Shown here in pieces: positions 1 through 16,398 of a stretch of DNA of 64,000 nt. The notes beneath the pieces were generated by a model. That model searched no databases, had not been told where the DNA came from, and saw only the letters and a list, made by a program, of their open reading frames with translations. The translations under genes and the position numbers were made by a program. Source of the stretch: the human T2T-CHM13v2.0 reference genome, Homo sapiens; assembly GCF_009914755.1 (NCBI RefSeq), contig NC_060925.1, one strand, 5' to 3'. Positions within the stretch are counted from its first letter, which is position 1. Each line of letters starts with the position of its first letter.

Positions 1-752
1 AGTATAGAGAAGAAGAGGAAGAAGCTCTTTAGACAGAGCTCCAATTGGGCATTTTTCAGTCTCCTAGATAATGAAGCCTTCATTTATTGAGTGCTTGCAA
101 TTTATAGAGCATATCTATGATATCATTTTACTAACTTCTCACAACTCTGTGAAATATTTATTATATCTCCACTTTACAGAGAAATAAACAACAGTCAAAA
201 AGGTAAAGTAACCTGAGCCAAGTTAGTGGAGGAGGCTGTAATTAAAACCCAGGTCAGTTTCATTCCAAATCCCACCCTTTTTACTACATAAGCCTGACCT
301 ACCTGGGGGCTTGGTGGCTGAAGAGTGATATGCCACCGAGGAGACAGGTCAGCACTGTTTCCTTTGGGTCAACGGCCCTTAATCTCTTACCTCAGCCTCG
401 TGATTACATGGGGTTTTCCATGTTTGTTTTCTAGAACAGAGTCAAATGGTTTGCTTAAATCATTGCAGATCAATAAACACGTTAACTCTAAAACAAGTGC
501 ACACAGTGTGACATTACCTCCCATCTCCACCTGTTTACTCTGTTTCCTGAGATGACTCATCCTAGCTGGTCCTCATCCATGTATCAGCCTGCCAGCAACC
601 CTGAGGGCATTCATTCACCCTCAGTTGTACCTACTTCCATCCTCTGGGATTTCCACTTGAAAGACCTTCTGCCTCAGTGTCCACACATTGCAGGCTCACT
701 CTGTGAGGGGGTTGCAGTGGGACTAAAAGGGGATCTCCACCATGTGATTGTC

Positions 753-1053
<301 letters not shown>

Positions 1054-1083
1054 TGATTTTCTAAGATGTTCTTAGGGAAACAT

Positions 1084-1086
<3 letters not shown>

Positions 1087-1118
<32 letters not shown>
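1087..1118. repeat. (CA)n microsatellite
   Basis: Direct inspection. Confidence 0.95.
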
Positions 1119-1121
<3 letters not shown>

Positions 1122-1315
1122 CTGCAACGTGGTGTATATAATGCTGGAAGTAGCGTCAGAGATTAGGCATTAGTGAAGAGTCCCTGAGTGAGACCAGAGA
1201 AATGTGAGCTAAAGATTCATAATGGAAGCAATGGTCAAGGGTAATGACCTGGCCCACTCTTTGTAGCAAAGCTACCTACTACTTTTGTGAATGAAGCAAC
1301 TGGAAATCAGACAAC

Positions 1316-1394
1316 GCCGGGCATGATGGCTCACACCTGTAATCCCAGCACTTTGGGAGGCCCAGGCGGGAGAATCATTTGAGCTCAGGAATTT
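1316..1394 (+). mobile_element. 3'-truncated Alu left-monomer fragment
   Basis: GCCGGGCATGATGGCTCACACCTGTAATCCCAGCACTTTGGGAGG... ends abruptly after GAGCTCAGGAATTT. Confidence 0.85.
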
Positions 1395-2715
1395 AAATGA
1401 GGGGAATACAAGGTGTGTTGCAGGAGTTTGTGTATTCTCTAGAATGTTTCTGTAGAATGACTTGCCCTTCTTCACTGTGGCTGCAGAAAAGACAGTAATC
1501 AGGGCTTCTAGAAAAGGGGATCATGTTGCTTTCCCAACATAAATAACAGACTAGTCAACTTGGAAAAAAATTCAGGGAAGCTGAAATCCTTCCCAAGCTC
1601 CTGATTTAATCAACAGTATTAGCTGAGACAGTAATCCACCCCTCAAATTCTGCAACATTTGACTCTGTATCATCTGCCAGGCCAACAGAAATAGCCCTTG
1701 ACTGTAGCATTAATCAACGGCACTAAAGCCATCTAAAAAAAGAATGTGTCTGAGAGGAACTGAGCTAGGAAGAAAAAATAGATACAAGGAGACAAAAGTT
1801 GTCGAAAGCATCTAGCCCCGTCCGAGACTCTGCATCTGGGGTCACTGAACACACAGCCCCGTCACTGGAGAAGTATTCTCTGCTGAGAAGAGATTTTCCA
1901 TCAGGCTTTACGGGAACGCAGGTGACGTATACCCTACAGCCATGGTGCTTTCCTTTCCGGTTTCATGCTTAGCAAAGAGCCCTCTGATTAATGATGCGTC
2001 ACCCGAGAGCCCGTCCACTAGAAATGATGGCAATGTTCCTCCTAAGGGCACAGATTGGTGACCCAGGCAATCTGTCACTGTAAGGGGAAATCCCTGTTGC
2101 AAATCATTCTGCTGGAATTCTGATGAACATGTCTACAGTCAGCTCAGCACACAGCAGGGTGGATGAAGTTTCCTTCATGAAATCCAGGCTCAGAACCTAA
2201 AAAAATCCAAGGGTTGAGCCAAGCCCTTCAGAGGTATTTGGGGCCCTGTGTGTGACCCATTAGATTGCCATTAGTAACAAGCCCACCCCTCCAAAGAACC
2301 CCTTTCCACATCAGAATGCTTAGAAGTCACACCTGTGTCGTAATGATACCATTTGCAAAGACCTTGCTTGGAAGTAATTTTTCAGTATTTGGTTGCCCAT
2401 GAAAATATCTGATTTTTTTTCCTTCCACCCACAATGAATGTAGTCCATAACACATACAAATACACACACACATTTTCACTCTTCCTCCTGCTTTACCAGT
2501 TTTACACATCTCTGCATCAGGACCCAAACTTGAGCACTCAGGATCTCAACCACAGTTGAGATCTCTTCTTCACTGTCATCCCGGCACATCAGTTACTTAA
2601 AACAACCCAATTTCAAGAACTGATAGACCTTCATTTCTGGACACACCAAAAACAAGCAAATTCCAGAGGATCAGCTTCAGGGTGGCAGAATGGAAGGAGT
2701 AAAAGCCAACCACGG

Positions 2716-3048
<333 letters not shown>

Positions 3049-4022
3049 TCACCATTAGCTCACCCAGGACTGGCAAGGGAGTGCCGACTGGAGAATCTTA
3101 TCCTCTGTTCCTTAGCTGTTTACATGTATAAAGCCTGAGGGCTTTGCACCTAATTAGGGTTTCAGAGCTTTGTTTTTCTCTCAACTAATTACATTTGCCT
3201 TGTGGGGAAGAGCCTCTGTCCAGGAGGCATTGCTCTCTGAAAATCTGTCTCAGCCCAGCAACAGGTGCAAGAAGGTGAACAGCTCCTCTCCCCACCAATG
3301 CGGTGAGATGCCGAGCCAGGCCCTGGCTTCTTCTTGCTCCTCTCCTTTCATTATCTCTAACTCCAGTGTCAGCCCTCAAGCAGTCCCCTGCTTGGTCACC
3401 CCTGGCAAGGTGGGGAATGTTCTCTTAACCTGCAGCTTTCTCCTTCGGGAACAAAGCGCAGCCTCTTAGCAGCTAGCAATCAACTCCTGTGCTCGGGGCC
3501 TTCCAGCCAGGCCTTCTGCAGTGCACCCTGGTAGGGGGTAAATTATCCTGAGCTTGGAAAATGTGACTGAAATCACCTCTGACAGAGGGAAATGGGTTTT
3601 CATAAAAGACGTTTCCTCACCTTCGGTTGCAACTCAATTCAACTGACCATTTCCCACCCTGGATCTCAAAAGAAATTTCTGCTTTGCTTCTGGGTATGAG
3701 CCTGGGTGATAATGAAAGGTACTTAGGAAGCCAGGCCTATTGAAGCAGCGTAGCCCTCAGAGGGGCATGGCTGACTTGGCTAAGAGTAGGACAGGGTGTG
3801 GGGTTGAGGAATCCATGGGGACTCAGGGCATCCTGTCGCAGACACAGGAGCTGACCCAGCCACAGGGTCACAGGACAGCCTGTGTCACCACAGTCTCTGT
3901 GCAGAGTCCAGAGTTCACAAATGAGATAAATGGACATTTGCTGACTGGGGTAACTCAGCATCTATTCACCCTATTTCTGGGAAAAGCCTCAATTTACATG
4001 TGGGAATGGACCACCCCCTTAT

Positions 4023-4683
4023 TGTTATAGGAGTTATTAAGAAATTATTTTAGGCAGATAGAGAGGAAAAGAGGTCCTTGGGAAGTTTTTGTTTCTTTTA
4101 AAGCAGATCCAGAAACCTTTCTTGTCTAACAGGAGAGCGCCAGCTCTAAGAGCCACTGGCAAGCTTTGATATGCAAATGCAGGCCACTGGAAACTGAGTC
4201 CACCCAAACATGGAGATTCCAGGTTTCTTCCTTGCCCCAACAGGTGGCTGGCAACATGGCCACCCCCACATATCCCCACGTGTGTAGAACATCATGGCGC
4301 CCTGCATTTGCATCTTAAAAGGCTAGAGTGTGAGGGCCAGCTTTTTCGCAGGCTATGTGAATGACATGCCTGGTCAAACCAATCCTCTGAGCCCTATGCA
4401 AGCCAGCACCGCCTCCTCCAGCCTCCTCATATAACTAGCTGATTACACCACACACACACACGCCCTCCCCCCACATCCCTTCTCCCCACCGGGGTTTTCT
4501 CTCTATTCAAATCCCCTCTCCCTCTGTCTCTGTACTGGGGAGCTGTTTTCTTCTTCCTTCCTTCTTTCTTGTATATTAAACTTTTTGCTCCTTAAAACCA
4601 CTCCAGGTGTGTCCGTGTCATTTTATCCAAACGTGTGCTAGACCAAGAACCCTGGTGTTCCTCCAGTCATCTGAGCCATATCA
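4023..4683 (+). mobile_element. ERV1 solo LTR (MER61/LTR20/LTR25-related, MER4 group)
   Basis: TG...CA termini flanked by 4-bp TSD TTAT; start TGTTATAGGAGTTATTAAGAAATTATTTTAGGCAGATAG; CCAAT, ATTAAA and CT-rich U5-like tract. Confidence 0.8.
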
Positions 4684-5967
4684 TTATCTCATTCTGTTTT
4701 TGATGGCACTAACCACCAGCATACCCTGCTCCATCAGAACACTCATCCTCCTGAGCTCTGTGAATGGCTCAGGATGCACAAGTGAGAGAAAAATGTAGCC
4801 AAGTGAGGAGGCAGAGAGAAACTGCCTCCTGGTAACACAGTGTGCGCCCCTGGATCAAGCCATGCCTGAAGGCAGTTTATTCTGAACTTTTACAATAAGT
4901 GCTCTTTTTGTTTAAATCATTTTGGATTGGGTTTTTGTTCACTTGTAAGCAAAAGCACACTATGATAAAAGGGGATACAAGACAAGTATCACAAATCCAG
5001 AAATGGGAAGGGCCCAACCCCAGAGCCCAGGCTAGTCAGGGAAGTGAAGAAACAGACAGCATCTGAGATGCCTATCCCCAGTATCCAAGTGCTAGGTCCA
5101 TGGTCTTTGAGCCTTAAGATGCAGGAGATCCCTGTAGGGAACTTCACAACAGTGTAGATTCCCACTCATTCCCACAGCCAATTCTCATCCTTAAGTCTGG
5201 AAGGGGAACGAGAGGTTTGGTTTCTAACCAATATCCAGGCAATTTGGAAGCAGATAACACAGATAATACTTTGAGAAACACTTCCCTACACTCTGAGCTG
5301 GGAGTTAAAGGACAGGGTTCCAGTCTCTGCGGTGAGGCAGTGGCAAGAGCTCCGTGGGCGGGAAGAATATTAGGCCAGAGCTTAGAACAGGACTGCAGAA
5401 GCAAGCATGGAATGGAAGCACATCTGGTGATCTGTGACATACAATGAGCCTGCAGATCACAGGCAATGATTTTTGGAAACTCATCACACAGTAGTTTGAA
5501 GCAGCAGGAACGATTTGATCCAAAGTGCCATGTGAACACTTCCGAGTCTACAAATGCTTTCATAGGTCAACCTAAGCTGTTCCTCCCAACCAACCTGTCT
5601 GGCAATTAGAAATTAGGAAATTAAAACTCAGAGTGTCTAAATAGCATGCACAAAGCCACACAGCTCACTGGTTCAGTAGCCTAGACCTGGGTCCCACTCT
5701 GTCTGACACCAAACCTCACACTTTTCAAATAATTCTCCCTTCCACTGGGGGAAGGGCTGGGTCTCAGGAAAGGTCTAAGGGACACACAGTGCGGGGATCA
5801 GTGAGACCCTGCTCAGCAGGCCCAGATGAGGGAAGGGGATGCTCCACCTGACTGCGCAGGAAGGCAAGGCCATTTTAACTTTGCAGCATCTTCAACTCAT
5901 CTGGCTCAAGAAATCCCAGCCCAGCTTGGGGATGGAGAGTGGAGGAAGAGAGGGGCACCCCTGCAAG

Positions 5968-7038
<1,071 letters not shown>

Positions 7039-7849
7039 GGAGCAATGGAAATGATTTTCTTTGATCACAGTGTCAGCTCCTGACATTGGGTTGCGCCCAT
7101 CTGTGCTGTGGACTCTTCCCTCGGAATGAGAGAGGGAGATGGCTCCCAGTGTGGTTGGAAGTCACCCCGCCCCACAACAACACAGTGCAACAGGCCCCGG
7201 CTTCACGCCCATTCAGTTCAGGACAAGTTTTTTGGAGTATCTACTCTGGGCCAGGCCCGCAGGATACTAACATGAAATAGAGACAGTTCCTGCCTTTGAA
7301 GGGTGGTGATTTACTGGTGGGGAGAAAGGAAGAAGCCCATGAAAAGTCGTGTCTGTAGAAGGTAAGAAGGGGCACAACCGCCATGGCAGGGGAGTCACAA
7401 AGGAGAAGCATTCAGCCTGCCGAGAGGTCCCAGGACTTTCCTGGAGGATCAGTCCCCAAACTGACTGTGACAGGGAGCAATACCCAGATAACAGCAGAGG
7501 CCCAGAATAAGAAAGAGTCTGTGAGTGGGCAGAATTCCCTCCAGGGTCATGAGGGGAGCTGACTTCTGATTAGGGCATTTCATCCTTCTCTGAAATGCAG
7601 CTGAGAACTGGTCAAGCCTCACTCCCTTGCTGAGACCAATAGCAATCCCTGATGATCTCGCCACAGGTCCAGCAGGTGCCCCATCCACACTTTGTCCCCA
7701 GCCCCTACCTGGAAGCTCCAAACACCTACCTGAGGGGCCAACTCTGATTCCCAAGGAGGTGACACCTCCTGCCCCTTGTTGATAGAACATTGATAAGGAA
7801 ATAGGACTGAGTTTTAAGCTTCTTTCCATGTCAAATATTTAAAGGCAAT

Positions 7850-8120
7850 ATAATGTTCAAGTTTAAATAATATTTCATGTGTAATTAAACAATCCCTTAT
7901 TGTTAAATAGATGGGTTCCAATTTTGAACTGCTATAATCTGTGTATGTGTCCTTGATTAAATCCTTAAGAGAAATCCCTAGAAACATTATCTTAGGGTCA
8001 AATGGCTTGGATATTCTGTAAACTGCTGATAATTATGGGAAATTGCCTTCCAGGAAGGTTATAACAATTTGCCTGATCCCCAGCAGCAACAGACTTTACA
8101 AAGTACTCAGTATCTAATAT
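7850..8120 (-). mobile_element. Old L1 (L1M) remnant
   Basis: Degenerate AAATTGCCTTCCAGGAAGGTTATAACAATTT...CCCCAGCAGC typical of the reverse L1 ORF2 3' region. Confidence 0.5.
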
Positions 8121-8589
8121 TTAACTTTGATAAAGATAAGCTTCTCCCTTCTTTTTCACTTAAAATGCTGTGTCCCACCTCACTTTTCAGTGTCTCTTCA
8201 CACTGACAAGACGGTTGGCTAATACTTCAGAGCTTGCAGAGCATCTTTATACACTTTTAATCCTCCTAACATCCGTGAGAGATGGAGCTTACTATTATCA
8301 TCCGTGTTTGCAAATGAGGCCCTGAGAAGTTGAGTGATTTCTGTAAGGTCTCAGAGCCAATAGACACTGGTAATGAAATAAAATGCAACGCCCCTTATCT
8401 TTGGAGCCCAGTGTTCCTTCCACATAGGTGGTTCTCCACCCAGGCTGCCCAGGAGAATGTGGAATCTCCAGCAGTTCTGACTTAACTGGCCTGGTGTGGA
8501 TGTCTGTGATGGGTGAACATTCCCAGACCCTTTTAAGAACCTGATAGAAGTGGTGGACCCACTTCCCAGAAAAAGGGACGCACAACAAA

Positions 8590-9055
8590 ATAATTGTCCT
8601 GAGTGGGTCTGACAGAATCAAGTGAACCCTTTAAATCTGGATCTAGAGGTCAGAGACTGAGAATGTCAGAGATGCAAAAGAGATTCAGTGCAAGAGAAAT
8701 CCTCCTACTGGTTTTGAAGATAGATGTTGGCAGCCTGTGTCAACAACCTGAGAGTGGCCTTGAGTTGCTGGGAGCACCCCAGACTGACAAACAGCAAGAA
8801 GAATATGGGGACCTCAGTCCTACAACCACAGGAACTGAATTCTACTGACAACCAGTGAGCTTGCAAAGAGGACTTGGAGCCCCAGATGAGAAGCAACCCT
8901 GGCTACCCCGATCTCAACCCTGTGAGATCCTAAACAGACAATCCAGCCATGCAACACCCAAACTTCTGACCTATAGAAACCCTGAGATAATAAATGGGCA
9001 TTGCTCTAAATCACCAAGTTTGTGGTAATTTGTTACACAGTCATAGGAAGTGAAT
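8590..9055 (+). mobile_element. MLT1 (MLT1E-like) MaLR LTR
   Basis: GGGACCTCAGTCCTACAACCACAGGAACTGAATTCT...TTCTGACCTATAGAAAC...GAGATAATAAATG...AAGTTTGTGGTAATTTGTTAC. Confidence 0.75.
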
Positions 9056-9198
9056 TGACCTGATGTATCTGAGCACCTGCTAGGTTATCATTAAGATTAC
9101 TCTTCAAAGGTAAAAATTATTTTTCAAAATGTTTCTGCCCTACCTTCCGTGAGCATCTGGTGATGGATAGACACACACACGTCAAGGTAGACTGTGTT

Positions 9199-9372
9199 TA
9201 GGTGGGCATGGTGGTGCATGCCTGTGGTCCCAGCTACTCAGGAGGCTGAAAGAGGAGGATCACTAGGGCCCAGGAGTTCAAGGCTGCAGTGAAGCTGTGA
9301 TTGAGCCATTGCACTCAAACCTGGGCAACAGAGCAAGACACCAGCTCTAAAAAAAAAAAAAAAAAAAAAAAA
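9199..9372 (+). mobile_element. Alu right monomer (FRAM/AluJ) with poly(A)
   Basis: GGAGGATCAC...CCCAGGAGTTCAAGGCTGCAGTGA, A-tail 9349-9372. Confidence 0.9.
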
Positions 9373-10934
9373 CTGCTGAATGCTATAAATAAGATTGGAA
9401 CTTGCTCTGCTTTTACAAGACCACTGTTAGATGACCACTGACAAGAAGACTGAGCTGGTCTCTGTAGGAAGCAGGGGCCTGGGCAGCTCTGGGGGCAGAG
9501 GAGACAGGCCTGGGGCAGAGACACCTCAGGGCATTTTCAGAAGACAGCCAAAGCAGCCATTCCAGCTTGCCCAGGTAGATGGCAAGTCAATGGGAAATGA
9601 TTCCAGGAAGGTAGGGAAAGATGGAATTCTGGAGAGCATTGGACCTCAGATTGGGAGTCTGAACATCTTTCCATATGCATCAGGAAGTCATGGAAAATTC
9701 ACAGACTGGAGTGACTTTGGCAAAGGTGGGATTTAGGAAGACTGATCAAGGCACGGGATAGACCCATGGATGAATAGCCTTCTGGTCAGTTTGTGCCTGT
9801 GGTTTTCTATGCTGAGGAGGTGGGAATGTCCTGGGTGAGTCAGCTGTGGATTTGTGTCCCTGCCTCACCTCACTCCCCACTGTCGTGGATTTGTCGGCTC
9901 ATCTGCAGTGCGCTCCCTGAAGAAACACTCAGTTCACTCAGCTTGTTTCTAATCCAAAACACTCTGCAGGGCCCATCCTCTCGTCTTTGCCTGGGGATGC
10001 CAGACCACACACTGCGGATGCCTTCCGCCTTAGCACTAGTGGGCTAAATGATGACTGCCTTGCTGTCCCAACACCACCCATCAAAGGGAAGACATCACCA
10101 CTGGGGTCAGTACAGCCCAAGTGACAAACTCTATTCCCTCCTTTCTCTCCATCCCATGGACCCTTGATTTGCTAAGTGGGAAGACACTTTCTCGTGGTTC
10201 AACATCACTTAATCGGCACAATTGCTTCTGCAGGCTAACTCAGCCAGAAACCCTGGATATCTGGGCAGAAGCGCATGGAACTTTTAGAAGGATTACTACT
10301 GCTTTTAATGTTCCCTCTGTCTTGAGTCAGACCACCACCAAGGGCAGATCAGAGTTAATATTATATATCAAAGTCCTGCCATCAGCCTGTAGGATTTATT
10401 ACTAGCATCTGTCCACTTCAGAGCTATGAGAACCAATGGAATTGGATCTAAGGTTTTGAGTTGGCTCTTGTGCATGGAAATTTGATGCAAACACTCTAAT
10501 TTATTGGCCCTAAAGGGCTTTGGCAAGTCATTTTGGCAAGTCACCCACTGAACACAGAGTGAAATTTGCAGAGGTTTCCCCTCTGCTCGAACAGTGGTGT
10601 TCTCAGCACGTACAGGGAAGTTCTGCCCCCTTCCAGCCAGGTGAGCTAGGGTATTTTGCCTACCCTTTCTGAACCTCAGTTTTCTCATCCATAAGATGGG
10701 AATAAAAACATGGTCCTGGATACATGTCTCATGCTAGGCACTGAGGCAGGGTACTCTCTCCCCTGAATGCCTTGCTATTGATGCATCACCAGTAAGGCAT
10801 GCATTCATTGCACAGAAACTTAGGCATATGCCTACCAACATGCCCGATGTTGTGTGAGGCCTGACCCCTGTGAGGATGCACTTCCATCTGTGTGAATGGA
10901 TTCATGAGACCAGCCCTCACTCTCAGGGCTGAGG

Positions 10935-11112
10935 GCATTGGTGCTCTAACTTGTCTGAATATGGAATCAGCTGGAGAGATTCTGTAAATTACCAGTCCCA
11001 TTCCACCCCTGAGATTCTGGTTTCATCGGTCTGATTTCATTGCAGCTTGGTCATTAGGATGTTTAAAACTCTCCCTGGGAATTCCAATGTGCAGCCAAGT
11101 TTGCAACTACAC
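10935..11112. mobile_element. MER5-type hAT-Charlie DNA transposon remnant
   Basis: GAATCAGCTGGAGAG...CCCCTGAGATTCTG...AATGTGCAGCCAAGTTTG. Confidence 0.6.
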
Positions 11113-11678
11113 GGAGCCAGGTTAGTGGTGCGGTCAGCATGGTGATAATTGGGCTCATGAACCCATGACCTCAGCTTCATCAGGAGACCCACTGCAAGTA
11201 CTGGCCCAACAGGAGGGAAAGGAGCTGAGTCAGATGATACCACTGAGGGGCATGAGCAAATGAAAAAACAGGAACCCAGCCGTGAAGCTGGGCCTGAGTG
11301 TTGGAGATGCCACTATAGAGACCCTGGTCTTAGCAATCCAGACTTTTCCCCAGTAGAAGGGAAAGGCAAAGATTATCCTGGCCGGGACTGTGTAAGGACT
11401 TTGAAGGTCGGCCATCCATCTCACCCTGCTGTTTCCCTCCTTCCCTGCAGAACAGCCGTTCACCTGAATGTTCCAGGCTTTTGGTTAACAACCCCTGGTC
11501 TTCTATACCCATTCACACTCAAAATCAGGGGGAATTCCTTGAAATGGTTAAAATGCAAAAGTGAAATTTAGAAGCCCTATGAATGAAACAACAATCCAAC
11601 AAAAAATTCCCAACACTTTAAGCAAATGCTTTTCAGGCAGAGCCTTCAAATTGCTACTGTCCCACTATCTTCTGGAAT

Positions 11679-11727
11679 TGTGTGTGTGTGTGTGTGTGCG
11701 CGTGTGTGTGTGCACGCGTGTGTGTGT
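11679..11727. repeat. (TG)n/(CG) compound microsatellite
   Basis: Direct inspection. Confidence 0.9.
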
Positions 11728-12299
11728 AGAGCAACAGGTGAAGCAGCAACCATAAGGTAGCCTACTTCAGGTCTGGCACCTGTTTTCACTGCTGTCATGC
11801 CCTCTTCACTGAGATCCTGACTTAAATATGTACACATGTGAATGCTGATTTCTTAGCATGAATTTTAACTCAGCTCCTGCTCGAGCATCAATGATTCCCA
11901 ATTCCCATCAGAGTGAATGGCCCCTTCCTGGTCTCTGCAGTCAGTCCTCTGAAGCTGCTCAGCTGCACCCCTGGGAGCTGAGGGGCCAACTCTGACTCCC
12001 AAGAAGGTGACCTCTGTCTCCCTTCCAGGGCCAGAGATGCAACATCACACACACACTGCCTTTGGAACGTGTGATTAAGATTTTGGCTGCCAGTAGCCTG
12101 ACAGCTTCCAGCAGCTTTGTCTGCCACTGTGTCCGCTTCTCTGTGCCAAAGTCACTGAAACAAAGGGACTGCAGATGTTGCTGTGAAGTCCTTCTGATTC
12201 TCCAGGACAGAGGATAGCACTACATTGGGTGGGGGGTAGAGTGGGGATGATGGACTTTGGGAAACCTGCATGATGGGCGTGAAACAATAAAAATGAAGC

Positions 12300-12458
12300 T
12301 GATTTTCTTCATAGCACTTGCTGCCGTAGAGATACATTTGTTTCTGTGTCCCTCTCACTGGAATGTAAACTCCCTGAAAGCAAGGACTTGGCTTATTTCT
12401 GTATCCCAAGAGCCTGACACAGTGCCTGGCACATGGTAGACACTCAATAGATGTTTGA
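12300..12458 (+). mobile_element. L2 3' end
   Basis: CTGGAATGTAAACTCCCTGAAAGCAAGGAC...ACAGTGCCTGGCACATGGTAGACACTCAATAGATGTTTG. Confidence 0.75.
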
Positions 12459-12461
12459 GAT

Positions 12462-12574
12462 AGGGAGGGAGGGAGGGAGAGAGGGAGGGAGGCAGAAAGG
12501 GAGGGAGGCAGAAAGGGAGGGAAGGAAGGAGCAAGGAAGGAAGGAAGGAAGGGAGGGAGGGAGGGAGGGAGGGA
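12462..12574. repeat. (GGGA/GGAA)n polypurine tract
   Basis: Direct inspection. Confidence 0.9.
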
Positions 12575-13602
12575 CATAGACTGTGGAGTTGGATAGACTT
12601 GGCTTTAATCCTTTCTGTAGCAATTCTAGCTGTGTAAAAATACGCGAGTGAGTCATTTATTTTCTTCGAGTCTCTTTCTTCATCATAGTACCAATTAACA
12701 GGGCTGGGGTAGAGAGTGATACATGTAAGGTTGCTAGCACTATTGGCAATCAAAACATGAGAGCTACTTATTTACATTGTGAGTATTGCTACTACTGATA
12801 TTATTAGTTCTGGACATTACTAATGATGTGAGCACTGGCCTTTCATCAGAGATTACTGGATAAGGAACATTTACCGTCTTGTCTCTGCACATTGTGCTAA
12901 AGTTCCTTCTTTATCCAACAACACTTTCTCCTGTTTTCCCAATTTAGTGAAAGGATTAATCTTTTCACTCTCATTCTTCCTGTTTTGTTTCCCATAATAT
13001 GGGTCCCATCCTTCCTCATGAGATGGGTATCTCAGCAATTGAGCCCACCCCACCCACATATTTGACCCTGATCCAAGACCCTCATTTCTGGGAATGAACC
13101 CCAGATCAGCCATGATAGAGGATAGCCTGGTTTTATCTTTTTGCTTGTGAGCAGGATCCAACAATTCTCATAAAATTTTCCCCAGCCTGTTCAGTGGAAT
13201 TGTCAAAGCATCATTTTCAAAAAGTGAAAATATGATTCTTATATAAGTCTATAGGGAGTGTGTATAAAGATCTATATACTTCACAAAAGAAAGAACCAGA
13301 AGATGGTAAAGCTGTTTGAAAAGAGAATTGGAAGGAGAAAGATTTGGATAGACCATCAGAAACAGCATGCTGACATAAGTTTGCTAATTTGGAAACCTCA
13401 CTCGTTAATGTCCTGTAGAGCAATAAAATCTTTTTACAGGACAAAAATCATTTGTATCTCTACCAGACAAAAATTAACATGTAACTTGGCAGAGTCTGGG
13501 CCCTAATCAATAGTAAATAGTAAGTCAAACAAAAGTACATTCCCTTAGAGAGTTAAAAAAAGCTTTGGTGGTTTGTTAGGCAACCTTCCAGTATGGCATT
13601 AG

Positions 13603-14009
<407 letters not shown>

Positions 14010-14541
14010 TAAAATACTATTATGTTCTAGATGTCTGATGCTGTCAATTCTCAATGGCCAGAAGAGGGCATCTGCCCAGATCAGTTCAGGTGTCTATCCC
14101 TGGTCCGATCGCCTGTGCCCAGGGTAGCACATCAGGTACACAGGGCTGTTTCTTCCCTCCTATTGGTAGAATAGCTTTTCCAAGAAGGGGATAGGCTGGA
14201 ATGGAAGAAAAGAGTCCAAAGAGGAAGGAACCACAACAGAAAGAGAATTGCTTTCCTTTCAGTTGTGGGAGCACCAGCTTAATGCCTCTTCCACATTTGC
14301 CCAGCAGAGGAAATGATTGGGCCGAATGACAGAAAACCTAGGATAGCCTTTTTGGTGCCTCCTGACAATCACAGAAGCAGGCTGGGATCCTACCCAGGTA
14401 TGGCAGAGCAAGTGAGCCCACCTAGGTGGGAATCCTTACCCTCCTAATCCTGCAGGTTCACTTCACAATCTTGTGTAGACCTTAAACCATTGTTTAGACA
14501 GTTATATGAAATGGGGTATTTTCTGAAGAAAAGGACAGTGA

Positions 14542-14874
<333 letters not shown>

Positions 14875-15689
14875 TAAGTCCACTTGGATCTCTCCCCTCT
14901 GGGCCTCAATGGGCAGCATTTTATCTGTAGCCTTTTTATCTTATAATAGTTTAATGGATCTATTTTGAGTAAGGGATATGTACAAATTCTTTTGTGATTC
15001 CAGGAGGAGATGAGAAGTACAAAGTGCAATTATAAAATTATCATTGTCACCATTATCTCCAATCAGCACATCATTCACAGTGACAGTTCTAAGAGCTTTA
15101 TATGGGAAAAGTGTAATCTATTGCAAATAGAGGGCCATCATTACTGCTCTTAGGCTCCCTTTAGGATTAGGGATGCAGGTTATCATCTAGGTCCTGTGGT
15201 CTCCTAGAGAGAGCAGGGAGCACCATCTCCATTAGTCGAAAGAAAGAAATGTAAATGTTATGAGATGAGACTAGGGCAATGACTCCCTGTTCTTGAGACA
15301 ACGAGTCAATTCAGTGTCGAAGAAAAACTCAGTAAGCTTTGATGCCTTGCTCTTAACCTACAAACTTGGTAGAGCCACAGAAAGAACATGGAACAAAATG
15401 AAGAAATGGTTTAGTTCCTCTAAGGATCCTTTCATACTTAGGCATTGCTTAATCCAGTTGACTGATTTTTCAAAGAATCTTGCCATATCTGATTTGAAAG
15501 CACACAAAGTAGGTGGCTACTTCACGCCTCATCTCTTGGCTCTAGGATCATATTGGGATCAGGTTCTTTGCAGATCAGAAATGGCATAGGGGAGTGTACC
15601 GGGAATCAGACAAACCTAAGCACACATCCAGATTCTGCCATTTTTTTTTTTTTTTTTTTTTTAGCTGTGTGGGAAAATCTCTTTGCTAC

Positions 15690-16398
<709 letters not shown>

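Noticed and set aside
1800-2160. Mildly CpG-enriched stretch with a 64-aa ORF
   Set aside because: No recognisable homology or splice structure; too short and AT-rich for a CpG island.
12152-12753. Pro/Ser-rich ORFs
   Set aside because: Translation of the GGGA/GGAA simple repeat and L2.
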